Positions 10,301 through 25,100 of a stretch of 64,000 bases of DNA are shown piece after piece. Position 1 is the stretch's first letter, and the number at the start of each line of letters is the position of its first letter. A program made the position numbers and the translations under genes. The notes below the pieces were generated by a model. It was not told the origin of the DNA, searched no databases, and saw only the letters and a list, made by a program, of their open reading frames with translations. The stretch is taken from NCBI GenBank assembly GCA_964057225.1, contig OZ059900.1, positions 24,304,001 to 24,368,000 of the forward strand, in the 5' to 3' direction. The stretch comes from Auanema rhodensis. Lineage: Eukaryota; Animalia; Nematoda.

Positions 10301-13150
10301 GACGACTCATATGAACAAAAATCGATTTAATCAATATTAGCCATAAGGGGCGTGCCCTCAGATTATGCTAATTTCCTTAATTTTCTAACCCCTGTTTTTT
10401 GTCGTGAAAGTGGAACTAGACGTTGTAGGAACAATTTTGAGCTAGGTTTCATTGACATTGCATGAGTTTGAACACATGAAATCGTAAGTCAAAACCTTGT
10501 TTACAGCGAAATTTCCAAAAACTGGTTTTCCAGCATAATAAAATATTTCTCATGGGAAATACTGTGTTTTTGTATTTTTCTAGTGTTCAGCATGCAAAAT
10601 ACTTCATTTTAGTATGTAACACGCTGAAATTCGTTGCATTTGACGACTCATATGAACAAAAATCGATTTAATCAATATTAGCCATAAGGGGCGTGCCCTC
10701 AGAATATGCTAATTTCCTAAATTTTCTAACCCCTGTTTTTTTGTCGTGAAAGTGGAACTAGACGTTGTACGAACAATTTTGAGCTAGGTTTCATTGACAT
10801 TGCATGAGTTTGAACACATGAAATCGTAAGTCAAAACCTTGTTTACAGCGAAATTTCCAAAAACTGGTTTTCCAGCATAATAAAATATTTCTCATGGGAA
10901 AAACTGTGTTTTTGTATTTTTCTAGTGTTCAGCATGTAAAATGCTTCATTTTAGTATGTAACACGCTGAAATTCGTTGCATTTGACGACTCATATGAACA
11001 AAAATCGATTTAATCAATATTAGCCATAAGAGGCGTGCCCTCAGAATATGCTAATTTCCTTAATTTTCTAACCCCTGTTTTTTTGTCGTGAAAGTGGAAC
11101 TAGACGTTGTACGAACAATTTTGAGCTAGGTTTCATTGACATTGCATGAGTTTGAACACATGAAATCGTAAGTCAAAACCTTGTTTACAGCGAAATTTCC
11201 AAAAACTGGTTTTCCAGCATAATAAAATATTTCTCATGGGAAATACTGTGTTTTTGTATTTTTATAGTGTTCAGCATGTAAAATGTTTCATTTTAGTATG
11301 TAACACGCTGAAATTCGTTGCATTTGACGACTCATATGAACAAAAATCGATTTAATCAATATAAGCCATAAAGGGCGTGCCCTCAGAATATGCTAATTTC
11401 CTTAATTTTCTAACCACTGTTTTTTTGTCGTGAAAGTGGAACTAGACGTTGTAGGAACAATTTTGAGCTAGGTTTCATTGACATTGCATGAGTTTGAACA
11501 CATGAAATCGTAAGTCAAAACCTTGTTTACAGCGAAATTTCCAAAAACTCGTTTTCCAGCATAATAAAATATTTCTCATGGGAAATACTGTGTTTTTGTA
11601 TTTTTTTAGTGTTCAGCATGTAAAATGCTTCATTTTAGTATGTAACACGCTGAAATTAATTGCATTTGACGACTCATATGAACAAAAATCGATTTAATCA
11701 ATATTAGCCATAAGGGGCGTGCCCTCAGAATATGCTAATTTCCTTAATTTTCTAACCCCTGTTTTTTTGTCGTGAAAGTGGAACTAGACGTTGTACGAAC
11801 AATTTTGAGCTAGGTTTCATTGACATTGCATGAGTTTGAACACATGAAATCGTAAGTCAAAACCTTGTTTACAGCGAAATTTCCAAAAACTGGTTTTCCA
11901 GCATAATAAAATATTTCTCATGGGAAATACTGTGTTTTTGTATTTTTCTAGTGTTCAGCATGTGAAATGCTTCATTTTAGTATGTAACACGCTGAAATTC
12001 GTTGCATTTGACGACTCATATGAACCAAAATCGATTTAATCAATATTAGCCATAAGGGGCGTGCCCTCAGAATATGCTAATTTCCTTAATTTTCTAACCC
12101 CTGTTTTGTTGTCGTGAAAGTGGAACTAGACGTTGTAGGAACAATTTTGAGCTAGGTTTCATTGACATTGCATGAGTTTGAACACATGAAATCGTAAGTC
12201 AAAACCTTGTTTACAGCGAAATTTCCAAAAACTGGTTTTCCAGCATAATAAAATATTTCTCATGGGAAATACTGTGTTTTTGTATTTTTATAGTGTTCAG
12301 CATGTAAGATGCTTCATTTTAGTATGTAACACGCTGAAATTCGTTGCATTTGACGACTCATATGAACAAAAATCGATTTAATCAATATTAGCCATAAGAG
12401 GCGTGCCCTCAGAATATGCTAATTTCCTTAATTTTCTAACCCCTGTTTTTTTGTCGTGAAAGTGGAACTAGACGTTGTAATAACAATTTTGAGCTAGGTT
12501 TCATTGACATTGCATGAGTTTGAACACATGAAATCGTAAGTCAAAACCTTGTTTACAGCGAAATTTCCAAAAACTGGTTTTCCAGCATAATAAAATATTT
12601 CTCATGGGAAATACTGTGTTTTTGTATTTTTCTAGTGTTCAGCATGTGAAATGCTTCATTTTAGTATGTAACACGCTGAAATTCGTTGCATTTGACGACT
12701 CATATGAACAAAAATCGATTTAATCAATATTAGCCATAAGGGGCGTGCCCTCAGAATATGCTAATTTCCTTAATTTTCTAACCCCTGTTTTGTTGTCGTG
12801 AAAGTGGAACTAGACGTTGTAGGAACAATTTTGAGCTAGGTTTCATTGACATTGCATGAGTTTGAACACATGAAATCGTAAGTCAAAACCTTGTTTACAG
12901 CGAAATTTCCAAAAACTGGTTTTCCAGCATAATAAAATATTTCTCATGGGAAATACTGTGTTTTTGTATTTTTCTAGTGTTCAGCATGTAAAATGCTTCA
13001 TTTTAGTATGTAACACGCTGAAATTCGTTGCATTTGACGACTCATATGAACAAAAATCGATTTAATCAATATTAGCCATAAGAGGCGTGCCCTCAGAATA
13101 TGCTAATTTCCTTAATTTTCTAACCCCTGTTTTTTTGTCGTGAAAGTGGA
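1368..13150. repeat. Higher-order repeat, 12-mer/11-mer, ~3 copies (1368-5469, 5470-9229, 9230-~13150), containing an internal 3-mer duplication
   Basis: Marker 'aaattaattg' at 3791, 7551 and 11653 (spacings 3760 = 11x342-2 and 4102 = 12x342-2). Co-ordered variants recur: gtgacac/cagatt, catgc-aaaatac, ctagatttcttt, accactg/actcg, gaacc, aagatg/gtaataac. Internal 1025-bp 3-mer repeat (1368 vs 2393). Confidence 0.9.
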
Positions 13151-16100
13151 ACTAGACGTTGTAATAACAATTTTGAGCTAGGTTTCATTGACATTGCATG
13201 AGTTTGAACACATGAAATCGTAAGTCAAAACCTTGTTTACAGCGAAATTTCCAAAAACTGGTTTTCCAGCATAATAAAATATTTCTCATGGGAAATACTG
13301 TGTTTTTGTATTTTTCTAGTGTTCAGCATGTGAAATGCTTCATTTTAGTATGTAACACGCTGAAATTCGTTGCATTTGACGACTCATATGAACAAAAATC
13401 GATTTAATCAATATTAGCCATAAGGGGCGTGCCCTCAGAATATGCTAATTTCCTTAACTTTCTAACCCCTGTTTTGTTGTCGTGAAAGTGGAACTAGACG
13501 TTGTAGGAACAATTTTGAGCTAGGTTTCATTGACATTGCATGAGTTTGAACACATGAAATCGTAAGTCAAAACCTTGTTTACAGCGAAATTTCCAAAAAC
13601 TGGTTTTCCAGCATAATAAAATATTTCTCATGGGAAATACTGTGTTTTTGTATTTTTCTAGTGTTCAGCATGTAAAATGCTTCATTTTAGTATGTAACAC
13701 GCTGAAATTCGTTTCATTTGACGACTCATATGAACAAAAATCGATTTAATCAATATTAGCCATAAGGGGCGTGCCCTCAGAATATGCTAATTTCCTTAAT
13801 TTTCTAACCCCTGTTTTTTTGTCGTGAAAGTGGAACTAGACGTTGTAGGAACAATTTTGAGCTAGGTTTCATTGACATTGCATGAGTTTGAACACATGAA
13901 ATCGTAAGTCAAAACCTTGTTTACAGCGAAATTTCCAAAAACTGGTTTTCCAGCATAATAAAATATTTCTCATGGGAAATACTGTGTTTTTGTATTTTTA
14001 TAGTGTTCAGCATGTAAAATGTTTCATTTTAGTATGTAACACGCTGAAATTCGTTGCATTTGACGACTCATATGAACAAAAATCGATTTAATCAATATTA
14101 GCCATAAAGGGCGTGCCCTCAGAATATGCTAATTTCCTTAATTTTCTAACCCCTGTTTTGTTGTCGTGAAAGTGGAACTAGACGTTGTAGGAACAATTTT
14201 GAGCTAGGTTTCATTGACATTGCATGAGTTTGAACACATGAAATCGTAAGTCAAAACCTTGTTTACAGCGAACTTTCCAAAAACTGGTTTTCCAGCATAA
14301 TAAAATATTTCTTATGGGAAATACTGTGTTTTTGTATTTTTCTAGTGTTCAGCATGTGAAATGCTTCATTTTAGTATGTAACACGCTGAAATTCGTTGCA
14401 TTTGACGACTCATATGAACAAAAATCGATTTAATCAATATTAGCCATAAGGGGCGTGCCCTCAGAATATGCTAATTTCCTTAATTTTCTAACCCCTGTTT
14501 TGTTGTCGTGAAAGTGGAACTAGACGTTGTAGGAACGATTTTGAGCTAGGTTTCATTGACATTGCATGAGTTTGAACACATGAAATCGTAAGTCAAAACC
14601 TTGTTTACAGCGAAATTTCCAAAAACTGGTTTTCCAGCATAATAAAATATTTCTCATGGGAAATACTGTGTTTTTGTATTTTTATAGTGTTCAGCATGTA
14701 AAATGCTTCATTTTAGTATGTAACACGCTGAAATTCGTTGCATTTGACGACTCATATGAACAAAAATCGATTTAATCAATATTAGCCATAAGGGGCGTGC
14801 CCTCAGAATATGCTAATTTCCTTAATTTTCTAACCCCTGTTTTTTGTCGTGAAAGTGGAACTAGACGTTGTAGGAACAATTTTGAGCTAGGTTTCATTGA
14901 CATTGCATGAGTTTGAACACATGAAATCGTAAGTCAAAACCTTGTTTACAGCGAAATTTCCAAAAACTGGTTTTCCAGCATAATAAAATATTTCTCATGG
15001 GAAATACTGTGTTTTTGTATTTTTATAGTGTTCAGCATGTAAAATGCTTCATTTTAGTATGTAACACGCTGAAATTCGTTGCATTTGACGACTCATATGA
15101 ACAAAAATCGATTTAATCAATATTAGCCATAAGAGGCGTGCCCTCAGAATATGCTAATTTCCTTAATTTTCTAACCCCTGTTTTTTTGTCGTGAAAGTGG
15201 AACTAGACGTTGTAATAACAATTTTGAGCTAGGTTTCATTGACATTGCATGAGTTTGAACACATGAAATCGTAAGTCAAAACCTTGTTTACAGCGAAATT
15301 TCCAAAAACTGGTTTTCCAGCATAATAAAATATTTCTCATGGGAAATACTGTGTTTTTGTATTTTTCTAGTGTTCAGCATGTGAAATGCTTCATTTTAGT
15401 ATGTAACACGCTGAAATTCGTTGCATTTGACGACTCATATGAACAAAAATCGATTTAATCAATATTAGCCATAAGGGGCGTGCCCTCAGAATATGCTAAT
15501 TTCCTTAATTTTCTAACCCCTGTTTTGTTGTCGTGAAAGTGGAACTAGACGTTGTAGGAACAATTTTGAGCTAGGTTTCATTGACATTGCATGAGTTTGA
15601 ACACATGAAATCGTAAGTCAAAACCTTGTTTACAGCGAAATTTCCAAAAACTGGTTTTCCAGCATAATAAAATATTTCTCATGGGAAATACTGTGTTTTT
15701 GTATTTTTCTAGTGTTCAGCATGTAAAATGCTTCATTTTAGTATGTAACACGCTGAAATTCGTTTCATTTGACGACTCATATGAACAAAAATCGATTTAA
15801 TCAATATTAGCCATAAGGGGCGTGCCCTCAGAATATGCTAATTTCCTTAATTTTCTAACCCCTGTTTTTTTGTCGTGAAAGTGGAACTAGACGTTGTAGG
15901 AACAATTTTGAGCTAGGTTTCATTGACATTGCATGAGTTTGAACACATGAAATCGTAAGTCAAAACCTTGTTTACAGCGAAATTTCCAAAAACTGGTTTT
16001 CCAGCATAATAAAATATTTCTCATGGGAAATACTGTGTTTTTGTATTTTTATAGTGTTCAGCATGTAAAATGTTTCATTTTAGTATGTAACACGCTGAAA

Positions 16101-17091
16101 TTCGTTGCATTTGACGACTCATATGAACAAAAATCGATTTAATCAATATTAGCCATAAAGGGCGTGCCCTCAGAATATGCTAATTTCCTTAATTTTCTAA
16201 CCCCTGTTTTGTTGTCGTGAAAGTGGAACTAGACGTTGTAGGAACAATTTTGAGCTAGGTTTCATTGACATTGCATGAGTTTGAACACATGAAATCGTAA
16301 GTCAAAACCTTGTTTACAGCGAACTTTCCAAAAACTGGTTTTCCAGCATAATAAAATATTTCTTATGGGAAATACTGTGTTTTTGTATTTTTCTAGTGTT
16401 CAGCATGTGAAATGCTTCATTTTAGTATGTAACACGCTGAAATTCGTTGCATTTGACGACTCATATGAACAAAAATCGATTTAATCAATATTAGCCATAA
16501 GGGGCGTGCCCTCAGAATATGCTAATTTCCTTAATTTTCTAACCCCTGTTTTGTTGTCGTGAAAGTGGAACTAGACGTTGTAGGAACAATTTTGAGCTAG
16601 GTTTCATTGACATTGCATGAGTTTGAACACATGAAATCGTAAGTCAAAACCTTGTTTACAGCGAAATTTCCAAAAACTGGTTTTCCAGCATAATAAAATA
16701 TTTCTCATGGGAAATACTGTGTTTTTGTATTTTTCTAGTGTTCAGCATGTAAAATGCTTCATTTTAGTATGTAACACGCTGAAATTCGTTGCATTTGACG
16801 ACTCATATGAACAAAAATCGATTTAATCAATATTAGCCATAAGGGGCGTGCCCTCAGAATATGCTAATTTCCTTAATTTTCTAACCCCTGTTTTTTGTCG
16901 TGAAAGTGGAACTAGACGTTGTAGGAACAATTTTGAGCTAGGTTTCATTGACATTGCATGAGTTTGAACACATGAAATCGTAAGTCAAAACCTTGTTTAC
17001 AGCGAAATTTCCAAAAACTGGTTTTCCAGCATAATAAAATATTTCTCATGGGAAATACTGTGTTTTTGTATTTTTATAGTGTTCAGCATGT
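12990..17091. repeat. Higher-order repeat, 6-mer, 2 copies (period 2051)
   Basis: 'cgtttcattt' at ~13710 and 15761. The monomer carrying atgtttc/aaaggg/gaacttt/cttatg starts at 14016 and 16067. Confidence 0.85.
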
Positions 17092-19141
17092 AAAATGCTT
17101 CATTTTAGTATGTAACACGCTGAAATTCGTTGCATTTGACGACTCATATGAACAAAAATCGATTTAATCAATATTAGCCATAAGGGGCGTGCCCTCAGAA
17201 TATGCTAATTTCCTTAATTTTCTAACCCCTGTTTTTTTGTCGTGAAAGTGGAATTAGACGTTGTAGGAACAATTTTGAGCTAGGTTTCATTGACATTGCA
17301 TGAGTTTGAACACATGAAATCGTAAGTCAAAACCTTGTTTACAGCGAAACTTCCAAAAACTGGTTTTCCAGCATAATAAAATATTTCTCATGGGAAATAC
17401 TGTGTTTTTGTATTTTTATGGTGTTCAGCATGTAAAATGCTTCATTTTAGTATGTAGCACGCTGAAATTCGTTGCATTTGACGACTCATATGAACAAAAA
17501 TCGATTTAATCAATATTAGCCATAAGGGTCGTGCCCTCAGAATATGCTAATTTCCTTAATTTTCTAACCCCTGTTTTTTTGTCGTGAAAGTGGAACTAGA
17601 CGTTGTAGGAACAGTTTTGAGCTAGGTTTCATTGACATTGCATGAGTTTGAACACATGAAATCGTAAGTCAAAACCTTGTTTACAGCGAAATTTCCAAAA
17701 AGTGGTTTTCCAGCATAATAAAATATTTCTCATGGGAAATACTGTGTTTTTGTATTTTTCTAGTGTTCAGCATGTAAAATGCTTCATTTAAGTATGTGAC
17801 ACGCTGAAATTCGTTGCATTTGACGACTCATATGAACAAAAATCGATTTAATCAATATTAGCCATAAGGGGCGTGCCCTCAGATTATGCTAATTTCCTTA
17901 ATTTTCTAACCCCTGTTTTTTGTCGTGAAAGTGGAACTAGACGTTGTAGGAACAATTTTGAGCTAGGTTTCATTGACATTGCATGAGTTTGAACACATGA
18001 AATCGTAAGTCAAAACCTTGTTTACAGCGAAATTTCCAAAAACTGGTTTTCCAGCATAATAAAATATTTCTCATGGGAAATACTGTGTTTTTGTATTTTT
18101 CTAGTGTTCAGCATGCAAAATACTTCATTTTAGTATGTAACACGCTGAAATTCGTTGCATTTGACGACTCATATGAACAAAAATCGATTTAATCAATATT
18201 AGCCATAAGGGGCGTGCCCTCAGAATATGCTAATTTCCTAAATTTTCTAACCCCTGTTTTTTTGTCGTGAAAGTGGAACTAGACGTTGTACGAACAATTT
18301 TGAGCTAGGTTTCATTGACATTGCATGAGTTTGAACACATGAAATCGTAAGTCAAAACCTTGTTTACAGCGAAATTTCCAAAAACTGGTTTTCCAGCATA
18401 ATAAAATATTTCTCATGGGAAAAACTGTGTTTTTGTATTTTTCTAGTGTTCAGCATGTAAAATGCTTCATTTTAGTATGTAACACGCTGAAATTCGTTGC
18501 ATTTGACGACTCATATGAACAAAAATCGATTTAATCAATATTAGCCATAAGAGGCGTGCCCTCAGAATATGCTAATTTCCTTAATTTTCTAACCCCTGTT
18601 TTTTTGTCGTGAAAGTGGAACTATACGTTGTACGAACAATTTTGAGCTAGGTTTCATTGACATTGCATGAGTTTGAACACATGAAATCGTAAGTCAAAAC
18701 CTTGTTTACAGCGAAAATTCCAAAAACTGGTTTCCAGTATAATAAAATATTTCTCATGGGAAATACTGTGTTTTTGTATTTTTCTAGTGTTCAGCATGTA
18801 AAATGCTTCATTTAAGTATGTAACACGCTGAAATTCGTTGCATTTGACTACTCATATGAACAAAAATCGATTTAATCAATATTAGCCATAAGGGGCGTGC
18901 CCTCAGAATATGCTAATTTCCTTAATTTTCTAACCCCTGTTTTTTTGTCGTGAAAGTGGAACTAGACGTTGTACAAACAATTTTGAGCTAGGTTTCATTG
19001 ACATTGCATGAGTTTGAACACATGAAATCGTAAGTCAAAACCTTGTTTACAGCGAAATTTCCAAAAACTGGTTTTCCAGCATAATAAAATATTTCTCATG
19101 GGAAATACTGTGTTTTTGTATTTTTCTAGTGTTCAGCATGT

Positions 19142-22100
19142 AAAATGCTTCATTTTAGTATGTAACACGCTGAAATTCGTTGCATTTGACGACTCATATG
19201 AACAAAAATCGATTTAATCAATATTAGCCATAAGGGGCGTGCCCTCAGAATATGCTAATTTCCTTAATTTTCTAACCCCTGTTTTTTTGTCGTGAAAGTG
19301 GAACTAGACGTTGTACGAACAATTTTGAGCTAGGTTTCATTGACATTGCATGAGTTTGAACACATGAAATTGTAAGTCAAAACCTTGTTTACAGCGAAAA
19401 TTCCAAAAACTGGTTTCCAGTATAATAAAATATTTCTCATGGGAAATACTGTGTTTTTGTATTTTTCTAGTGTTCAGCATGTAAAATGCTTCATTTAAGT
19501 ATGTAACACGCTGAAATTCGTTGCATTTGACTACTCATATGAACAAAAATCGATTTAATCAATATTAGCCATAAGGGGCGTGCCCTCAGAATATGCTAAT
19601 TTCCTTAATTTTCTAACCCCTGTTTTTTTGTCGTGAAAGTGGAACTAGACGTTGTACAAACAATTTTGAGCTAGGTTTCATTGACATTGCATGAGTTTGA
19701 ACACATGAAATCGTAAGTCAAAACCTTGTTTACAGCGAAATTTCCAAAAACTGGTTTTCCAGCATAATAAAATATTTCTCATGGGAAATACTGTGTTTTT
19801 GTATTTTTCTAGTGTTCAGCATGTAAAATACTTCATTTTAGTATGTAACACGCTAAAATATGTTGCATTTGACGACTCATATGAACAAACATCGATTTAA
19901 TCAATATTAGCCATAAGGGGCGTGCCCTCAGAATATGCTAATTTCCTTAATTTTCTAACCCCTGTTTTTTTGTCGTGAAAGTGTAACTAGACGTTGTACG
20001 AACAATTTTGAGCTCGGTTTCATTGACATTGCATGAGTTTGAACACATGAAATCGTAAGTCAAAACCTTGTTTACAGCGAAATTTCCAAAAACTGGTTTT
20101 CCAGCATAATAAAATATTTCTTATGGGAAATACTGTGTTTTTGTATTTTTCTAGTGTTCAGCATGTAAAATACTTCATTTTAGTATGTAACACGCTGAAA
20201 TTCGTTGCATTTGACGACTCATATGAACAAAAATCGATTTAATCAATATTAGCCATAAGGGGCGTGCCCTCAGAATATGCTAATTTCCTAAATTTTCTAA
20301 CCCCTGTTTTTTTGTCGTGAAAGTGGAACTAGACGTTGTACGAACAGTTTTGAGCTAGGTTTCATTGACATTGCATGAGTTTGAACACATGAAATCGTAA
20401 GTCAAAACCTTGTTTACAGCGAAATTTCCAAAAACTGGTTTTCCAGCATAATAAAATATTTCTCATGGGAAAAACTGTGTTTTTGTATTTTTCTAGTGTT
20501 CAGCATGTAAAATGCTTCATTTTAGTATGTAACACGCTGAAATTCGTTGCATTTGACGACTCATATGAACAAAAATCGATTTAATCAATATTAGCCATAA
20601 GGGGCGTGCCCTCAGAATATGCTAATTTCCTAAATTTTCTAACCCCTGTTTTTTTGTCGTGAAAGTGGAACTAGACGTTGTACGAACAGTTTTGAGCTAG
20701 GTTTCATTGACATTGCATGAGTTTGAACACATGAAATCGTAAGTCAAAACCTTGTTTACAGCGAAAATTCCAAAAACTGGTTTCCAGTATAATAAAATAT
20801 TTCTCATGGGAAATACTGTGTTTTTGTATTTTTCTAGTGTTCAGCATGTAAAATGCTTCATTTAAGTATGTAACACGCTGAAATTCGTTGCATTTGACGA
20901 CTCATATGAACAAAAATCGATTTAATCAATATTAGCCATAAGGGGCGTGCCCTCAGAATATGCTAATTTCCTTAATTTTCTAACCCCTGTTTTTTTGTCG
21001 TGAAAGTGGAACTAGACGTTGTACGAACAATTTTGAGCTAGGTTTCATTGACATTGCATGAGTTTGAACACATGAAATCGTAAGTCAAAACCTTGTTTAC
21101 AGCGAACTTTCCAAAAACTGGTTTTCCAGCATAATAAAATATTTCTCATGGGAAATACTGTGTTTTTGTATTTTTCTAGTGTTCAGCATGTGAAATGCTT
21201 CATTTTAGTATGTAACAGGCTGAAATTCGTTGCATTTGACGACTCATATGAACAAAAATCGATTTAATCAATATTAGCCATAAGGGGCGTGCCCTCAGAA
21301 TATGCTAATTTCCTTAATTTTCTAACCCCTGTTTTGTTGTCGTGAAAGTGGAACTAGACGTTGTAGGAACAATTTTGAGCTAGGTTTCATTGACATTGCA
21401 TGAGTTTGAACACATGAAATCGTAAGTCAAAACCTTGTTTACAGCGAAATTTCCAAAAACTGGTTTTCCAGCATAATAAAATATTTCTCATGGGAAATAC
21501 TGTGTTTTTGTATTTTTCTAGTGTTCAGCATGTAAAATGCTTCATTTTAGTATGTAACACGCTGAAATTCGTTGCATTTGACGACTCATATGAACAAAAA
21601 TCGATTTAATCAATATTAGCCATAAGGGGCGTGCCCTCAGAATATGCTAATTTCCTTAATTTTCTAACCCCTGTTTTTTGTCGTGAAAGTGGAACTAGAC
21701 GTTGTAGGAACAATTTTGAGCTAGGTTTCATTGACATTGCATGAGTTTGAACACATGAAATCGTAAGTCAAAACCTTGTTTACAGCGAAATTTCCAAAAA
21801 CTGGTTTTCCAGCATAATAAAATATTTCTCATGGGAAATACTGTGTTTTTGTATTTTTATAGTGTTCAGCATGTAAAATGCTTCATTTTAGTATGTAACA
21901 CGCTGAAATTCGTTGCATTTGACGACTCATATGAACAAAAATCGATTTAATCAATATTAGCCATAAGGGGCGTGCCCTCAGAATATGCTAATTTCCTTAA
22001 TTTTCTAACCCCTGTTTTTTTGTCGTGAAAGTGGAATTAGACGTTGTAGGAACAATTTTGAGCTAGGTTTCATTGACATTGCATGAGTTTGAACACATGA

Positions 22101-25100
22101 AATCGTAAGTCAAAACCTTGTTTACAGCGAAACTTCCAAAAACTGGTTTTCCAGCATAATAAAATATTTCTCATGGGAAATACTGTGTTTTTGTATTTTT
22201 CTAGTGTTCAGCATGTAAAATGATTCATTTTAGTATGTAACACGCTGAAATTCGTTGCATTTGACGACTCATATGAACAAAAATCGATTTAATCAATATT
22301 AGCCATAAGGGGCGTGCCCTCAGAATATGCTAATTTCCTTAATTTTCTAACCCCTGTTTTTTTGTCGTGAAAGTGGAACTAGACGTTGTACGAACAATTT
22401 TGAGCTAGGTTTCATTGACATTGCATGAGTTTGAACACATGAAATTGTAAGTCAAAACCTTGTTTACAGCGAAAATTCCAAAAACTGGTTTCCAGTATAA
22501 TAAAATATTTCTCATGGGAAATACTGTGTTTTTGTATTTTTCTAGTGTTCAGCATGTAAAATGCTTCATTTAAGTATGTAACACGCTGAAATTCGTTGCA
22601 TTTGACTACTCATATGAACAAAAATCGATTTAATCAATATTAGCCATAAGGGGCGTGCCCTCAGAATATGCTAATTTCCTTAATTTTCTAACCCCTGTTT
22701 TTTTGTCGTGAAAGTGGAACTAGACGTTGTACAAACAATTTTGAGCTAGGTTTCATTGACATTGCATGAGTTTGAACACATGAAATCGTAAGTCAAAACC
22801 TTGTTTACAGCGAAATTTCCAAAAACTGGTTTCCAGCATAATAAAATCTTTCTCATGGGAAATACTGTGTTTTTGTATTTTTCTAGTGTTCAGCATGTAA
22901 AATACTTCATTTTAGTATGTAACACGCTGAAATATGTTGCATTTGACGACTCATATGAACAAACATCGATTTAATCAATATTAGCCATAAGGGGCGTGCC
23001 CTCAGAATATGCTAATTTCCTTAATTTTCTAACCCCTGTTTTTTTGTCGGGAAAGTGTAACTAGACGTTGTACGAACAATTTTGAGCTAGGTTTCATTGA
23101 CATTGCATGAGTTTGAACACATGAAATCGTAAGTCAAAACCTTGTTTACAGCGAAATTTCCAAAAACTGGTTTTCCAGCATAATAAAATATTTCTTATGG
23201 GAAATACTGTGTTTTTGTATTTTTCTAGTGTTCAGCATGTAAAATACTTCATTTTAGTATGTAACACGCTGAAATTCGTTGCATTTGACGACTCATATGA
23301 ACAAAAATCGATTTAATCAATATTAGCCATAAGGGGCGTGCCCTCAGAATATGCTAATTTCCTAAATTTTCTAACCCCTGTTTTTTTGTCGTGAAAGTGG
23401 AACTAGACGTTGTACGAACAGTTTTGAGCTAGGTTTCATTGACATTGCATGAGTTTGAACACATGAAATCGTAAGTCAAAACCTTGTTTACAGCGAAATT
23501 TCCAAAAACTGGTTTTCCAGCATAATAAAATATTTCTCATGGGAAAAACTGTGTTTTTGTATTTTTCTAGTGTTCAGCATGTAAAATGCTTCATTTTAGT
23601 ATGTAACACGCTGAAATTCGTTGCATTTGACGACTCATATGAACAAAAATCGATTTAATCAATATTAGCCATAAGGGGCGTGCCCTCAGAATATGCTAAT
23701 TTCCTAAATTTTCTAACCCCTGTTTTTTTGTCGTGAAAGTGGAACTAGACGTTGTACGAACAGTTTTGAGCTAGGTTTCATTGACATTGCATGAGTTTGA
23801 ACACATGAAATCGTAAGTCAAAACCTTGTTTACAGCGAAAATTCCAAAAACTGGTTTCCAGTATAATAAAATATTTCTCATGGGAAATACTGTGTTTTTG
23901 TATTTTTCTAGTGTTCAGCATGTAAAATGCTTCATTTAAGTATGTAACACGCTGAAATTCGTTGCATTTGACGACTCATATGAACAAAAATCGATTTAAT
24001 CAATATTAGCCATAAGGGGCGTGCCCTCAGAATATGCTAATTTCCTTAATTTTCTAACCCCTGTTTTTTTTGTCGTGAAAGTGGAACTAGACGTTGTAGG
24101 AACAATTTTGAGCTAGGTTTTATTGACATTGCATGAGTTTGAACACATGAAATCGTAAGTCAAAACCTTGTTTACAGCGAAATTTCCAAAAACTCGTTTT
24201 CCAGCATAATAAAATATTTCTCATGGGAAATACTGTGTTTTTGTATTTTTTTAGTGTTCAGCATGTAAAATGCTTCATTTTAGTATGTAACACGCTGAAA
24301 TTAATTGCATTTGACGACTCATATGAACAAAAATCGATTTAATCAATATTAGCCATAAGGGGCGTGCCCTCAGAATATGCTAATTTCCTTAATTTTCTAA
24401 CCCCTGTTTTTTTGTCGTGAAAGTGGAACTAGACGTTGTACGAACAATTTTGAGCTAGGTTTCATTGACATTGCATGAGTTTGAACACATGAAATCGTAA
24501 GTCAAAACCTTGTTTACAGCGAACTTTCCAAAAACTGGTTTTCCAGCATAATAAAATATTTCTCATGGGAAATACTGTGTTTTTGTATTTTTCTAGTGTT
24601 CAGCATGTGAAATGCTTCATTTTAGTATGTAACAGGCTGAAATTCGTTGCATTTGACGACTCATATGAACAAAAATCGATTTAATCAATATTAGCCATAA
24701 GGGGCGTGCCCTCAGAATATGCTAATTTCCTTAATTTTCTAACCCCTGTTTTGTTGTCGTGAAAGTGGAACTAGACGTTGTAGGAACAATTTTGAGCTAG
24801 GTTTCATTGACATTGCATGAGTTTGAACACATGAAATCGTAAGTCAAAACCTTGTTTACAGCGAAATTTCCAAAAACTGGTTTTCCAGCATAATAAAATA
24901 TTTCTCATGGGAAATACTGTGTTTTTGTATTTTTCTAGTGTTCAGCATGTAAAATGCTTCATTTTAGTATGTAACACGCTGAAATTCGTTGCATTTGACG
25001 ACTCATATGAACAAAAATCGATTTAATCAATATTAGCCATAAGGGGCGTGCCCTCAGAATATGCTAATTTCCTTAATTTTCTAACCCCTGTTTTTTGTCG

